64,000 bases of DNA, taken from the NCBI GenBank assembly GCA_026014875.1, contig JAOZHO010000050.1, forward strand, positions 36,090 through 100,089. Reading direction: 5' to 3'. The position numbers were made by a program, and so were the translations under genes. The DNA comes from Candidatus Bathyarchaeota archaeon. GTDB lineage: Archaea > Thermoproteota > Bathyarchaeia > TCS64. Shown here piece by piece: positions 1-10,316 of this stretch. Numbering within the stretch: position 1 is the stretch's first letter; the number at the start of each line of letters is the position of its first letter. A model generated the notes under the pieces. It did not search any database and had not been told where the DNA came from. It saw only the letters and a program-made list of their open reading frames with translations.

Positions 1-1
1 C

Positions 2-73
2 GGGGCCTCCGGCTCATCGGTCCGGGTCGAGGTTGTGGTGAGCAGCGTGAAGATCGAGGGGGTGGCCATCTGA
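2..73 (+). CDS. 3' end of an upstream pilus-locus gene (partial, runs off window start)
   Basis: Open frame GASGSSVRVEVVVSSVKIEGVAI* whose TGA (71-73) overlaps the ATG of the next gene (TGATG coupling). Confidence 0.6.
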   Translation, partial: GASGSSVRVEVVVSSVKIEGVAI

Positions 74-528
74 TGCCTTCCCAGGCCACCAGCTATTTCT
101 ACACCATCGTGGCGATGGGAGTCGTCGCCCTTATGGTCACAAACGCGTTCAAGGTTCAGGTCGCGGGCCTCGAAGCCGTCTCCGAGCGCCACGCGCTCCG
201 GGAGCTCCTAGAGGCGGTGGCTACTGAGGCCACGGAACTCATTGCGTTCACGGAGGCGACAAACGCCACCGCGAAGGTGAGCCTCCAGACACCTACGCTG
301 ATCGGCGACAAGGAGTACTGGGTGAGGCTCCACTCCGACGCCTCCGAGGCCTGGGTGGAGGGGGCCTTCGGGGAGCCCTGGGCAGGGAACCCTGAGTACA
401 GAGTTGAGCTCCCCTGGGGCGTCTCAGCAGTGGGAACCTACAGAGGAGGCTTCGGGACGCTGATGATGAACAGCACCATCCAGGGCGGCGATCCTGCAGT
501 CACACTAGGACGATGGGAGAGTGGTTGA
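73..528 (+). CDS. Pilin-like / pilus-associated protein
   Basis: N-terminal hydrophobic helix followed by a beta-rich domain; directly upstream of the pilus ATPase. Confidence 0.6.
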   Translation: MPSQATSYFYTIVAMGVVALMVTNAFKVQVAGLEAVSERHALRELLEAVATEATELIAFTEATNATAKVSLQTPTLIGDKEYWVRLHSDASEAWVEGAFGEPWAGNPEYRVELPWGVSAVGTYRGGFGTLMMNSTIQGGDPAVTLGRWESG

Positions 529-531
529 CCT

Positions 532-2115
532 TTGATGGCTTTCAGGCGGAAGAAGAGCAGGCTCAAGGACATCGAGGACGAGGGGGTGCCTCGGGACACT
601 CTGCTGGGCGCCCTCGGAATAAACCGGTGGAAAGTCCCTGAAGGCTACGTCGAGGTGGAGAACTATCCCCTCCAGGCCCCGTTCTCTTACTGCATCATAG
701 CCAAGAGCGAGCAGACCTCGGAGCACATCTTCATCGTCGACGAACTCCCCATGGACGCCGAGGAGAGAGAAGTCAGCGTGAAGCTCAACGACATTCTGGA
801 GAAGGAACTCGAGGCCCCGAGGGAGGGTCAGAACATCGTCGAGGCCTTCAACGAGCAGGTGCCCCTTATCTTGGGGGAGAACAAGAAGCTGGTCTCGGGC
901 CTCACCCCCATCGGCGTCAAGAAGGTCCTCTACTATCTGGAGAGGGACATAGCGGGCTTCGGCAAGGTGGACCCCCTGATGCACGACCCCGGGATAGAGG
1001 ACATCAGCTGCACTGGGTTCGGGAGGCCTTTGTTCCTTTGGCATAGGAACTTCGAGAACATCCGGACCACCATCCAGTTCGGGGAGGAGGAGCTCAACGA
1101 CTTCATCATCAAGCTGGTCCACAAGGCCAGGAAGCACGTCAGCTTGGCCTACCCCATCGTCGACGCGACCCTCCCGGGGAAGCACAGGCTCGCAGTCACA
1201 TACGGGAAGGAGGTGACACCCTCCGGTACAAGCTTCACTATCCGGAAGTTCAGAACCGACCCCATCACCATCGTGGACCTCATCAAAATGGAGACCCTCA
1301 GCGAGGCCTCCGCTGCATACCTCTGGCTGCTCATGGAGAACAAATACTCGACGATGATCGTGGGCTCTACAGGAGCCGGCAAGACCACAGCCCTCAACGC
1401 TGTGGCGTGCCTCACCCACCCGAGCTACAAGATCATCACCATCGAGGAGGTCGCCGAGGTCAATCTCCCCCACGAGAACTGGGTCTCCATGATCTCCCGC
1501 CCGGGCTTCGGCATAGAGCGTAGCGGGGAGATATCCCTCTTCGACCTCATCAAGTCGGCCGTACGCCACCGGCCCGATCTCATCATCGTGGGCGAGATCA
1601 GGGGCGACGAGTCCTACGTCCTGTTCCAGAGCCTCGCGACGGGCCACGGAGGCCTATGCACGATGCACGCGGACAGCGTCGATATCGCCCTGAAGAGGCT
1701 CACCCAGCCTCCGATGGATATCCCCGCGGACATTCTTCCCTTGATGAAATGCGTAATCGTGGTGAAGCACGTCAAGAGCCCCATGTTCATCAGCGGGGAG
1801 CGGCGGAGCTCTACCCGTAAGTTCGTGAACATAGCGGAGGTCACCCGGGCCGGGGGGACCGTGGAGGTCTCCAAGTGGAACCCTGGGACGGACACCTTCG
1901 ACGACGATTATGCTGAGAGCTACCTCCTGAAGCAGATGGCCCTGGATCTCGACCTCTCCGTCGATTATCTCGTGGAGGAGTTGGATCGGAGGAAGGAGAT
2001 CCTCCTCTGGATGGCTAACATGAACATCAGGGACTACCGGAGCGTCAACGAGGTCCTCAACACGTACTACAACGATCCAGCGGAGATGTACCAGAAGGTG
2101 AGCGAGGACACATAG
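532..2115 (+). CDS. Type II/IV secretion system ATPase (VirB11/CpaF/FlaI family)
   Basis: Walker A GSTGAGKT, Asp box TIEEVAE, RHRPDLIIVGEIRG Walker B region, His box TGHGGLCTMHA. Confidence 0.95.
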   Translation: MMAFRRKKSRLKDIEDEGVPRDTLLGALGINRWKVPEGYVEVENYPLQAPFSYCIIAKSEQTSEHIFIVDELPMDAEEREVSVKLNDILEKELEAPREGQNIVEAFNEQVPLILGENKKLVSGLTPIGVKKVLYYLERDIAGFGKVDPLMHDPGIEDISCTGFGRPLFLWHRNFENIRTTIQFGEEELNDFIIKLVHKARKHVSLAYPIVDATLPGKHRLAVTYGKEVTPSGTSFTIRKFRTDPITIVDLIKMETLSEASAAYLWLLMENKYSTMIVGSTGAGKTTALNAVACLTHPSYKIITIEEVAEVNLPHENWVSMISRPGFGIERSGEISLFDLIKSAVRHRPDLIIVGEIRGDESYVLFQSLATGHGGLCTMHADSVDIALKRLTQPPMDIPADILPLMKCVIVVKHVKSPMFISGERRSSTRKFVNIAEVTRAGGTVEVSKWNPGTDTFDDDYAESYLLKQMALDLDLSVDYLVEELDRRKEILLWMANMNIRDYRSVNEVLNTYYNDPAEMYQKVSEDT

Positions 2116-2123
2116 GAGGAGGG

Positions 2124-3611
2124 GTGTTGGAGGAGACTGGGTGGCGCAGCAGGATCAAACGAGTCCTCGAGGGGGACTCGGACCCGAAGCTCGAGGCCGA
2201 GCTCCCCTACGCCACGATGATGATCACCCTGATGGCCGCCAGCGGCGTCACTCCCTACGAGAGCTTCAAGAGGCTCCGGAAGGTGGACATCCTCCACAAG
2301 TTCAAGGAGGAGGGGGACGAGATCGTTCGTCTCGTCGAGGTCCTGGGGAACGATCCCCTCACGGCGATGGGGAAGCGGGCAGAGAAAACTATCTCGAGGC
2401 AGTACGCCGACTTCTTGGAAGGGTACATCTCCTCGGTGCGGAGCGGTGGCAGCGTCATCAACTACCTCAAGAGCAAGCTCAGGAGCATCTTCGATGTCCA
2501 CGCCTCGAACGCCCGGAACGCCGTGGAGCGCCTCGAGACCCTCGTCGAAGCCTACATGGTGCTCCTCATCGTCATCTTCTGCTTCTACATCCTATCCACG
2601 GTGACCTCCCCCGCCACCGAGATGCTGGGAGACGTGGGCCTCCCCGACACATCGGCTCTAATATATCCCCTAGTCCTGTACGTGATACCCATCTTCTCGT
2701 TCTTCTTCATGTATCTCGCCCACCTCGCGAGGCCGGGCACCCTGAGGGGGATGAGGGAGCCCTACATCGCCGGGGCGATCCCGTTGATCCTCTTCGCGGC
2801 TATCCTTGCGGCGACCCAGCTCCTGCCCGAGCTATCCTGGGTGACGGAAACTGTGGGGTTGGCCTCCATCGTCACCGCTGGGCTGGTGGCGGCCAGCATT
2901 CCTCCCATCCTCGTCTACAGTAGAATCTCCAGGAGGAACTTCTCGGCTGAGAATGCGATACCCAGCTTCATTAGGGACGTGACCGAGGCGAGGAGGACGG
3001 GGATCTCCCCGGAGAAGAGCATCTCCCACGCCGCCAAGAGGAAGGGCTACGGCCCCTTCACGGCGGATCTCAGCCGGATCAACAGTCAGATCGAGTGGGG
3101 GGTCTCCCTGAGGAAGATTTACACGGATCTCACGGAGTGGATCAAGAGTTGGCCCGTCATTGTGGACTTCTTCATCCTCGTGGAGACCATCGAGATCGGT
3201 GGCGGGGACGCGGACACCCTGGGGCTCCTCGCGGAGTACACCGAGAAGATCCATAGCATCGAGAAGAGCCAGAGGGACATGCTCCGACCCTACGTGATCC
3301 TCCCCTTCATCTGGACCATACTGATGGCGTTCACCATCACGTTCACCATGGAGACCCTCAGCCAGATCCCGGCCCTCGCGGCGGGCTCCATCGCGGCCCC
3401 TCAGATCAACGTCGACATGAGCGGGGGAGGGGGCATCATCCGGGCGGGGATCGTCTTCCACAGCTGGCTCTCCGGTTTCTTCATCGGGAAAGTCAGCGAA
3501 GGGAACTTCGCGTCGGGCTTCAAGTACGCCGCCCTCCTCGCTCTCACCTCCTATACCACGCTCATCCTCTCCGTGCGACTCGTGATGGGGTTCTTCGGGG
3601 GGATGATCTAG
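2124..3611 (+). CDS. Type II secretion system F / TadC-FlaJ family platform membrane protein
   Basis: Two T2SSF-like cytoplasmic domains each followed by TM helices; follows the ATPase. Confidence 0.9.
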   Translation: MLEETGWRSRIKRVLEGDSDPKLEAELPYATMMITLMAASGVTPYESFKRLRKVDILHKFKEEGDEIVRLVEVLGNDPLTAMGKRAEKTISRQYADFLEGYISSVRSGGSVINYLKSKLRSIFDVHASNARNAVERLETLVEAYMVLLIVIFCFYILSTVTSPATEMLGDVGLPDTSALIYPLVLYVIPIFSFFFMYLAHLARPGTLRGMREPYIAGAIPLILFAAILAATQLLPELSWVTETVGLASIVTAGLVAASIPPILVYSRISRRNFSAENAIPSFIRDVTEARRTGISPEKSISHAAKRKGYGPFTADLSRINSQIEWGVSLRKIYTDLTEWIKSWPVIVDFFILVETIEIGGGDADTLGLLAEYTEKIHSIEKSQRDMLRPYVILPFIWTILMAFTITFTMETLSQIPALAAGSIAAPQINVDMSGGGGIIRAGIVFHSWLSGFFIGKVSEGNFASGFKYAALLALTSYTTLILSVRLVMGFFGGMI

Positions 3612-4646
3612 ATGCCCACCGCCTCCCTCGACTTCACACTGGCCACCATCGCGATGATCGTGGTCGCCCTCGGGGCGGTCTTCGGCGTGAACATGGTGGT
3701 GGCACCCCATCTGGATGGGGGCGTTCACGGCGTCGAGCGCTACCAGCAGATAGGGCGATACATCCTCCTGTCGAGGGGTGAGCCGGCAGGCTGGGGAACG
3801 GGAGGCACCCCCACAGAGCTGGGATTGGCCGCCGGTAGCGCCCCCTATGAGCTAGACATCGACAAGGTGACCCGTCTCAACCCGGATCACCCCCAAGCCC
3901 TGAACTACTCCACGCTCTGGCAGACCCTGGGCATCGACGATGTCTCGTTCCGGATCTCAGTCGAGCCCCTGTTTAACCTCACATTGACAATGGCCTCGTC
4001 TCAGGTTCAGGGGAGCGACACGGTATACAACTTCTCAGCCACGACGGTGAGGGACGGGTTTCCCCTGCCGTGTCAAGTGAGCTATTACGTAGCCGTGGGG
4101 AACTCGACGCACTCATCCTCGGGGCCTACGACCCTCGAAGGCTCCGGGACCGTCCAGTTCACCCTCCCCAACTCCCTGAACGGCACCGCAATATTGATCG
4201 GGATAGCTCGCGCAGAGAGTTCAATCACGAGCTTCGACGTTCTACCTTTCGCCCACAACGTCAGCCAACCGAGCCAGCCGGGGGCCTTCGCCTCTCTGAG
4301 TCCCCTTGACTACACGCTCGGGGTCTCCCTGAGCGGTGGGGCCTCCGCCTGGAACGCTGCGGTGTTCTCGTATGAATATTCCTTCAACCTAACCGCCTCA
4401 GGATCCGACTATACCATTCCTAGGCTCCTCGCCGGGGGCCCCATGGTCATCACCCTCACCGGCATCAACGGCACGGACCACTGGGCGGAGTGGGTCGCAT
4501 ACCCTCAGGTCCCGCTTGAGGTAGGGGGGGACATGGACGACGACTATGTCGTCTCGGATGTCAGGAGCGTGGAGTACATCGTGGAGATCGAAGGAGGCCT
4601 ATACAGGTGCGGGATGATGTTCAGGAGCCCTGCCGAGTATGACTAG
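3612..4646 (+). CDS. Membrane-anchored pilus-associated (minor pilin/adhesin-like) protein
   Basis: N-terminal hydrophobic segment, S/T-rich extracellular domain with several N-x-S/T sequons, operon position. Confidence 0.6.
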   Translation: MPTASLDFTLATIAMIVVALGAVFGVNMVVAPHLDGGVHGVERYQQIGRYILLSRGEPAGWGTGGTPTELGLAAGSAPYELDIDKVTRLNPDHPQALNYSTLWQTLGIDDVSFRISVEPLFNLTLTMASSQVQGSDTVYNFSATTVRDGFPLPCQVSYYVAVGNSTHSSSGPTTLEGSGTVQFTLPNSLNGTAILIGIARAESSITSFDVLPFAHNVSQPSQPGAFASLSPLDYTLGVSLSGGASAWNAAVFSYEYSFNLTASGSDYTIPRLLAGGPMVITLTGINGTDHWAEWVAYPQVPLEVGGDMDDDYVVSDVRSVEYIVEIEGGLYRCGMMFRSPAEYD

Positions 4647-5052
4647 GAGGGGTGTCGTCCACACCCTGGATGTGTTCCTCGCCGCGGTGATCATAGTGAC
4701 CACCCTCCTCTTCGCATCTCAGATGCCGAGGGAGAGGGATTACCTCGAGGATACGGGCATCGACTCCATGGGGATGCAGGCGCTGCTGATGCTCGACACC
4801 AACGGGACCCTGGGACGCCTAGTGGATTCTGGTGACTGGGATGGCCTTGAGCTGGCTCTCCGGGCCGTCCTGCCGACCCGGGTATCCTTCAACCTGACGG
4901 TGATCGACGAGCAGGGTACCGTTGTAAACACGAGGGCGATATCCAACGGCGGTGTCACGGGGCGGAAAATCGAGAGCGTTGATTATCTCCTCGCCGTCGA
5001 GTCGAGCACCTGCCCCATATACAGGTTACGGCTGCAGCTAGGAGGCCAATAG
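4639..5052 (+). CDS. Pilin-like protein with class III signal peptide
   Basis: MTRRG|VVHTLDVFLAAVII: basic residues, Gly, then hydrophobic stretch. Confidence 0.75.
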   Translation: MTRRGVVHTLDVFLAAVIIVTTLLFASQMPRERDYLEDTGIDSMGMQALLMLDTNGTLGRLVDSGDWDGLELALRAVLPTRVSFNLTVIDEQGTVVNTRAISNGGVTGRKIESVDYLLAVESSTCPIYRLRLQLGGQ

Positions 5053-5808
5053 ATGAGAGCCAGTTCCAGGCGTGGGCAGGTCCTCACTGTGGCCGCTTTC
5101 GCAATCTCCATCCTGCTCCTGTCCGCCAACGTGTATATCTACAGGAACAGCAGGATCGATGCATCCCCGGCGTACAGCACACTGATCGACTATGCCCAGC
5201 ACATCCGGCTGGGCTCGATCCACGCCGTCACTGCTTCCCTAGTTAACGTCAGCAATGGGGGGGCCTCATCGAATCTGGGTGACAACATCGACCGGTGGGA
5301 GGCGTTCACGAGGGGTGATTACAGGTTCGGTATTTGCGACCTCAATGCGACCCTTGGGTCTCAAGTGCCTTATTCCGACGGGATCTGGCTCGACTGGGGG
5401 GTTTCGGGCGGGGGGGTCTCCAGCGCCTACATCGACTTCACCCTCGAGATCAGCGGCCGGGGAGCGGAGGTCGACTGGGCTTTCCCTGTGAACAGGACAA
5501 CGGAGATGCGAGTCTCAGGGAGTTACACAGTGATCGTGGGTGACCAGAAGGCCGTCACAGTCACAATGAGCATGTTGAACGAGGGCTCCCCAGCTCTGGC
5601 GCAATCTAGCACCCTTGAATACTGGGATACCGGGCTGTGGAACGATGCCTCCCTGGAGGGGGACTACACGGCGATGGACTACGGGAACGGGACATATAGA
5701 TTCACATTCAGTGCAGAAGTCCCGGGGAACCAAATCAACATCCGCATGCGAGTCAATGACGTGAGAGGGGTCTTCGTCGAAGCCCAGGAGACCCTCGTTG
5801 AAGGTTGA
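5053..5808 (+). CDS. Pilin-like protein with class III signal peptide
   Basis: MRASSRRG|QVLTVAAFAISILLL. Confidence 0.75.
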   Translation: MRASSRRGQVLTVAAFAISILLLSANVYIYRNSRIDASPAYSTLIDYAQHIRLGSIHAVTASLVNVSNGGASSNLGDNIDRWEAFTRGDYRFGICDLNATLGSQVPYSDGIWLDWGVSGGGVSSAYIDFTLEISGRGAEVDWAFPVNRTTEMRVSGSYTVIVGDQKAVTVTMSMLNEGSPALAQSSTLEYWDTGLWNDASLEGDYTAMDYGNGTYRFTFSAEVPGNQINIRMRVNDVRGVFVEAQETLVEG

Positions 5809-5868
5809 CGACAACTCCTTAAAAGCGACTTGAAACGGTAATCTGTTCGAGAATAGAGGTGCACCATT

Positions 5869-6642
5869 CTGAACACCCTGGACGCCCTGAGGGTCCTCCT
5901 CAGCCTCACCATGCTGGGCTACACGTCCTGGGTCGACCTGAAGACCCGGGAGATCTACGACATGGTCTGGCTGGTGTTCGGGGGCCTCGGGCTGATAATC
6001 GCCCTCTACGAGGTCTACACGGGCAGCCTCGCCCTGGTCTGGTTCGTGGTCGTGGTTCTGATCTCCTCGGCCATATCAATCGGCTTGGGATACCTTGGCC
6101 TGTTCGGGGGCGCAGACGTGCTTGCGTTCATCGCCCTCGCAGTTCTTCATCCCATTCACCCACGAGGGCTGGAACCTTTCCTCGGGATAGTGTCTCCTCT
6201 TTTCCCTCTCACTCTGTTCTCCAACTCAGCCCTAGCTGGGGCATCTTACTCCCTCGTTCTCCTAGTCAGGAACCTAGCGTCGACCCTTCAAGGCAGGAAC
6301 CTATTCAGCGGGCTCGAGGACGAGTCCACCTGGAGGAAGCTCGTGGTCATGTTCACCGGGGTTAAGATGGAGTTTGGGTCCGTGAGGGGCCCCCCGTTCC
6401 AGTATCCCCTCGAGGTTCCCGGAACCGAGGAGATGCCGGGTAGAAGGCTGGTCCTCATGCCCGACATCCAGGACGACGACTCGGCGGTGGAGGCCTTCAA
6501 AACATTGGAGGCCTCGGGCGTGGAGGAGGTCTGGGTCTCCAACACCCTGCCCTTCCTGGTCTACATCGCCATCGGATATGTATTGGCGCTGGCGCTGGGT
6601 GATATCGCCCTCGCCACTCTGAAGCCTTTCTTCATCGGCTAG
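5869..6642 (+). CDS. pibD: Prepilin/preflagellin peptidase (A24, PibD/FlaK family)
   Basis: SWVDLKTREI and LFGGADVLAF catalytic Asp motifs, multiple TM helices. Start extended from ATG 5911 to CTG 5869, 7 nt after a GAGGTG SD (start is an inference). Confidence 0.85.
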   Translation: MNTLDALRVLLSLTMLGYTSWVDLKTREIYDMVWLVFGGLGLIIALYEVYTGSLALVWFVVVVLISSAISIGLGYLGLFGGADVLAFIALAVLHPIHPRGLEPFLGIVSPLFPLTLFSNSALAGASYSLVLLVRNLASTLQGRNLFSGLEDESTWRKLVVMFTGVKMEFGSVRGPPFQYPLEVPGTEEMPGRRLVLMPDIQDDDSAVEAFKTLEASGVEEVWVSNTLPFLVYIAIGYVLALALGDIALATLKPFFIG

Positions 6643-6756
6643 ACCTAGCTGAGTGTGTAGTGCCGTAAAACTCACAAATCCTCATTAAAACTCAGGGTCC
6701 ATTCTGGTCTGAGGCTGAGGCAAGGGCCGAACAATAGCTGATAAGGGTGGATATGC

Positions 6757-7275
6757 TTGAACGGGAGGCTCGTCACAGAGATCGTCACCATCCGCTCGCT
6801 CCAAGAGCTCCAGACTCGTCTCGAAGCTGAGAGCGAGTCGTACCTGTCCCAAAAGGAGGAGATCAGCGAGCGCCTCGGAAATTTCCTGCGGGAGGCCGAG
6901 GAGAAACACGGCGACGAGGACTGGTTCAAGCAGCTCGACCTCGAGAAGCTCGGCAGCAAGAAGAAGGACAAGAAGAGGAAAGGCTCCGACTGGATCCAGT
7001 TCCAGGGAATAGAGCTCAGCTCAAGCCTCCAGGGAGAGGCCGAGGTGATGTTCGAGGCCATCTCGAAGATCTCGGAGAAGCTGGAGGCTCTGAGCAGGGG
7101 GATTGAGTCCCTCGAGGAGCTCAGGAAGGTCGGGCTCGGCAACGACATCAGCTACATCTGCTATCTAGAGGAAGGCGTCCTGAGGAAGATCGTCGTCAAT
7201 CCCGTGGACGACGACGCCCTGGCGAAGTTCACCTTCAACAGGGGGTTCACCGTTCTCCAGGCCGTCCAACGATAG
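6757..7275 (+). CDS. Hypothetical coiled-coil protein
   Basis: 172-aa ORF, host-like codon usage, heptad-like helices and a Lys-rich linker. Confidence 0.7.
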   Translation: MNGRLVTEIVTIRSLQELQTRLEAESESYLSQKEEISERLGNFLREAEEKHGDEDWFKQLDLEKLGSKKKDKKRKGSDWIQFQGIELSSSLQGEAEVMFEAISKISEKLEALSRGIESLEELRKVGLGNDISYICYLEEGVLRKIVVNPVDDDALAKFTFNRGFTVLQAVQR

Positions 7276-7553
7276 GGCCCATGCCCGCCTCCGTTTCTTT
7301 GAAACGCCTCCAATAATGCAACTTTCCCGCCTCGTGGCATGCACGCTCTCTTCGTGGGTGCCGTGTTGGTCTTTTTACTCACAGACAGGCGTTTATGAAG
7401 AATCTCTCCGAGTTTTGACCGAAACAACCGAGATGTTTGAGAGACTAGAGGGCCTGGCTGAGAGACTCCGATTCAACGTCCCATGCTATTTCGGAATAGG
7501 CGAGCTCTCATGATCCACCTTCGGAGAGGATACTACGATCAGCGAGGCGGGGA

Positions 7554-9260
7554 TTGATGGGGTTCGATGAGTATGCCAGGTCTCTTTCTTTCGAGAAGGA
7601 TCCGCTGAAACTCAAGTTCATCATGTCTTCTGATCTGGAGTATCCCGATTTCGATGAGGACGAGCAAGGATTCATCGTTAGGCTCCCTTTACCCAGAATC
7701 GGGGAGGGCACGCTTGCATTCCTTGGATACACTTTCCCAGACGACGTGGATGGCAGGAAAAAGATCGTCCGGCTCTTCAGGGCCTCGGTTTATCATCTCA
7801 GCGGCCACGCTTTGTCCTGGAAGGATTTCGCCTACGACGGGTGGAGGGAGGGGAAGAACGATGTCCTGTCGAATTTCGTGGTCTCCTTGGTGGAGGATAT
7901 CTGGGTCAATCAATGCGTCGCCACCTGGTATCCCGACAAACTGTTGGATCTGGGGTTCGCGGGGGCGATGATGCTTGCGAGGCTCAGGGCCATCGATAAT
8001 ATACGGGTCCAGGCGACCCGCCTCATGGTGTCCCTGATGGTCTATGCCAACACCGGTCTCACTGGTTATGTCTCCGATTCTGATCTGGGCATCGTTGAGC
8101 CCCTCTACAAATTATTAAAGAGATTCAAGGAAGCTGTCGGCAGGTCCCTGCGCGATGAGGGGATGGACCTCCTACCCCAGAAGCTGGAAGCGGCTGAATC
8201 CGCCTATAGAGCCCTGTCGGAGTATGGGCCCATAATCGAGGCTCCCTCGCCGCCTTTTTCCGAGAATTTGGGTGCAAGCAGCCTCTTTCCGCCCATGAAG
8301 GTGGGCACTCAGGAGTGGTTTGAGGGGCTTCTGGCCGAGTGCGTCGAGGGTCTCAGCGGAGGTCAATCTATCGTAGGGCAGTCTCAGCCTGACAGGGTGT
8401 CGGAGGCGGAAACGCTCCAAGTCTTCGAATCCCACTTCCTCGAGAAGGCGAAAGAGGCGAAGATTCTCTCTAGATACGAGGGGCCTGCGCAATCCACCAG
8501 GTTCAACTCCCTGGGGTTCCCGAACAAGGATTACTCGGAATATCTTCGGGCCAAGGCGAGGTGTAAGCGGAGCACCAGCAAGATGACTGAGGTCTTGATG
8601 GGTGCTATGAACGAGTTCATGGAGGACATCAGGAAGAAATTCGGGGTTCTCGACCTCGCGGACGCCGTTCAGGTCGTCGCGAGCAAGAGCGAGAGGACCG
8701 ACATCTTCCTCAAGGATGAGAAGATCAAGCAGAGCTTCGCCTGGGCCATCGTCGTCGACGCGAGCACCAGCATGAGGAACGTCAGAGACTACGCGCTGGA
8801 GACGGCAATCATCCTGGCGGAGTCCGCGGGCAAGGTCCTGCTGGACATGACCTCTTGGAGCATCTTCGCCTTCAACGACGGGTTCGAGATCGTCAAGGAC
8901 TTTTCCGAGCAGTATAACTCCCGGGTCAAGGCCAGGCTCGGGGGGCTCTCCTTCAGGGGGCTCTCCTACATGCCTGACGCAATTGAGCTCGCGGGGAGGG
9001 CTTTGGCTGCGAGGAGGGAGGAGCTCAAGGTGATGATGGTCCTCTCTGATGGCTGGCCCTACGGGTACACAGACATCGACTCTGCTGCCTCGGAGGTCAT
9101 CAATAATTTCGTGAAAGCGGGTATGGCGGTGATCGGCGTAGGAGTTCAGAGCGGGAGGATGGAGTACCTCTTCGACTCTCATTGCACATCGTATACCCTG
9201 AAACAGTTCGTAGACAGGTTCAGCACGAGATTTTATGAGGCCTGTGACAACGCGGTTTAG
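7554..9260 (+). CDS. von Willebrand factor A domain protein (CobT/NorD/CbbO-like)
   Basis: C-terminal MIDAS VVDASTSM ... VLSDGWP; N-terminal YHLSGH...ED motif as in CobT/NorD-like proteins. Confidence 0.85.
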   Translation: MMGFDEYARSLSFEKDPLKLKFIMSSDLEYPDFDEDEQGFIVRLPLPRIGEGTLAFLGYTFPDDVDGRKKIVRLFRASVYHLSGHALSWKDFAYDGWREGKNDVLSNFVVSLVEDIWVNQCVATWYPDKLLDLGFAGAMMLARLRAIDNIRVQATRLMVSLMVYANTGLTGYVSDSDLGIVEPLYKLLKRFKEAVGRSLRDEGMDLLPQKLEAAESAYRALSEYGPIIEAPSPPFSENLGASSLFPPMKVGTQEWFEGLLAECVEGLSGGQSIVGQSQPDRVSEAETLQVFESHFLEKAKEAKILSRYEGPAQSTRFNSLGFPNKDYSEYLRAKARCKRSTSKMTEVLMGAMNEFMEDIRKKFGVLDLADAVQVVASKSERTDIFLKDEKIKQSFAWAIVVDASTSMRNVRDYALETAIILAESAGKVLLDMTSWSIFAFNDGFEIVKDFSEQYNSRVKARLGGLSFRGLSYMPDAIELAGRALAARREELKVMMVLSDGWPYGYTDIDSAASEVINNFVKAGMAVIGVGVQSGRMEYLFDSHCTSYTLKQFVDRFSTRFYEACDNAV

Positions 9261-9281
9261 CCGACGTTTCCCCGATGATTT

Positions 9282-10316
9282 TCAGCGGAAGACGCTCTCG
9301 ATGATCCGCCTGACGTCTTCCTGGACCTCGTGATTGTCGCTGGTGAGGGCGATGATGGTCTCCTCGGCAGCCTTCTTCGGGTCGACGCCGTCGCGGCAGA
9401 GGACCGCCCAGTTGATGATGTCGCCCGGGCTCGGACCGTATGGGAGGTCCCCGTCGAGGTACTGCTTTCGCATCTCGGCCCCCACCCTGAGGAGCTTGTA
9501 AGCCGTGTCCTCGTCTATTTTGGACCGTTTGATGACGAGCTCAGCCTCCCTCGCCGCAATCTTCTCGCCGATGCTCTGATACTTGAAGTTGATCCAGACC
9601 GCCATCCTCCTCCTGAACGCGGCGTTCAGCTTCTTGGCCCCTGCGAACTCGGCCGTGGCGGGGTTCATGGCGATGATGCAGTAGGCGAACTTGTGGCGGG
9701 GGACGATCTCGTTGTCCTTCTCGGTGAGGACGAGGTGGCCCCGGGTGTCCAAGACCGGGTTGAGGCGGGTCGCGACGTCCTGCTTCATCATGTTCGCTTC
9801 GTCGAGGTATAGGATGCCTCCGTGCCTGAGCCAGAGGGTGACCTGGCCGTCGATCCAGTTCTCCTTCCCGAGCCCCACGAAGCGGCCGATGAGGTCGTAG
9901 CTGCTCGTCTGGAGGCCGCAGTTCACCTCCCAGACCGGGAGGCCCGTGAGCTCGGCGACGAGGTAGATGATGTGGGTCTTCCCTGTGCCGCTGGGGCCTA
10001 TGAGGGCGCACTGTTTGAAGTGGTACATCGCCCTGATGATGCGCTCCACGTACTGGTTGCCCGCATCGATGTACTCGGGGACGCCGCTGGGGATCAGGTG
10101 GGCGACCTTGTCGAAGTAGTAGTTGGGGTGGAGGTCGTATTTCTGAATGTCATATTTGTAGTAGAGGGGGCTCGTTGTGATGGCACGCTGCTTCTGCATG
10201 CGGACGGTGATCCTCCCGTTCCTGCCCTGGGACGATTTGATCTCCTCTACTTTGCCGATGTCGTGCTCTTTGAGCCCCTGATGGCTGTATCCTAGAGATT
10301 TGCTTTCATTCGTCAA
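9282..10316 (-). CDS. MoxR-class AAA+ ATPase (CbbQ/NirQ/NorQ family)
   Basis: Walker A GPSGTGKT, Walker B LYLDEAN, AMNP sensor; convergent with the VWA gene. Confidence 0.9.
   Translation of the reverse strand: MTNESKSLGYSHQGLKEHDIGKVEEIKSSQGRNGRITVRMQKQRAITTSPLYYKYDIQKYDLHPNYYFDKVAHLIPSGVPEYIDAGNQYVERIIRAMYHFKQCALIGPSGTGKTHIIYLVAELTGLPVWEVNCGLQTSSYDLIGRFVGLGKENWIDGQVTLWLRHGGILYLDEANMMKQDVATRLNPVLDTRGHLVLTEKDNEIVPRHKFAYCIIAMNPATAEFAGAKKLNAAFRRRMAVWINFKYQSIGEKIAAREAELVIKRSKIDEDTAYKLLRVGAEMRKQYLDGDLPYGPSPGDIINWAVLCRDGVDPKKAAEETIIALTSDNHEVQEDVRRIIESVFR

Noticed and set aside
505-1647. Long antisense or alternate-frame ORFs throughout the window (e.g. 505-1647, 18113-19342, 29333-30754, 32053-33648, 63048-63884)
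   Set aside because: Shadows of well-supported genes in high-GC DNA; no recognisable motifs
7316-7513. Small ORFs between the coiled-coil and VWA genes
   Set aside because: No motif, atypical composition and competing frames; not supportable
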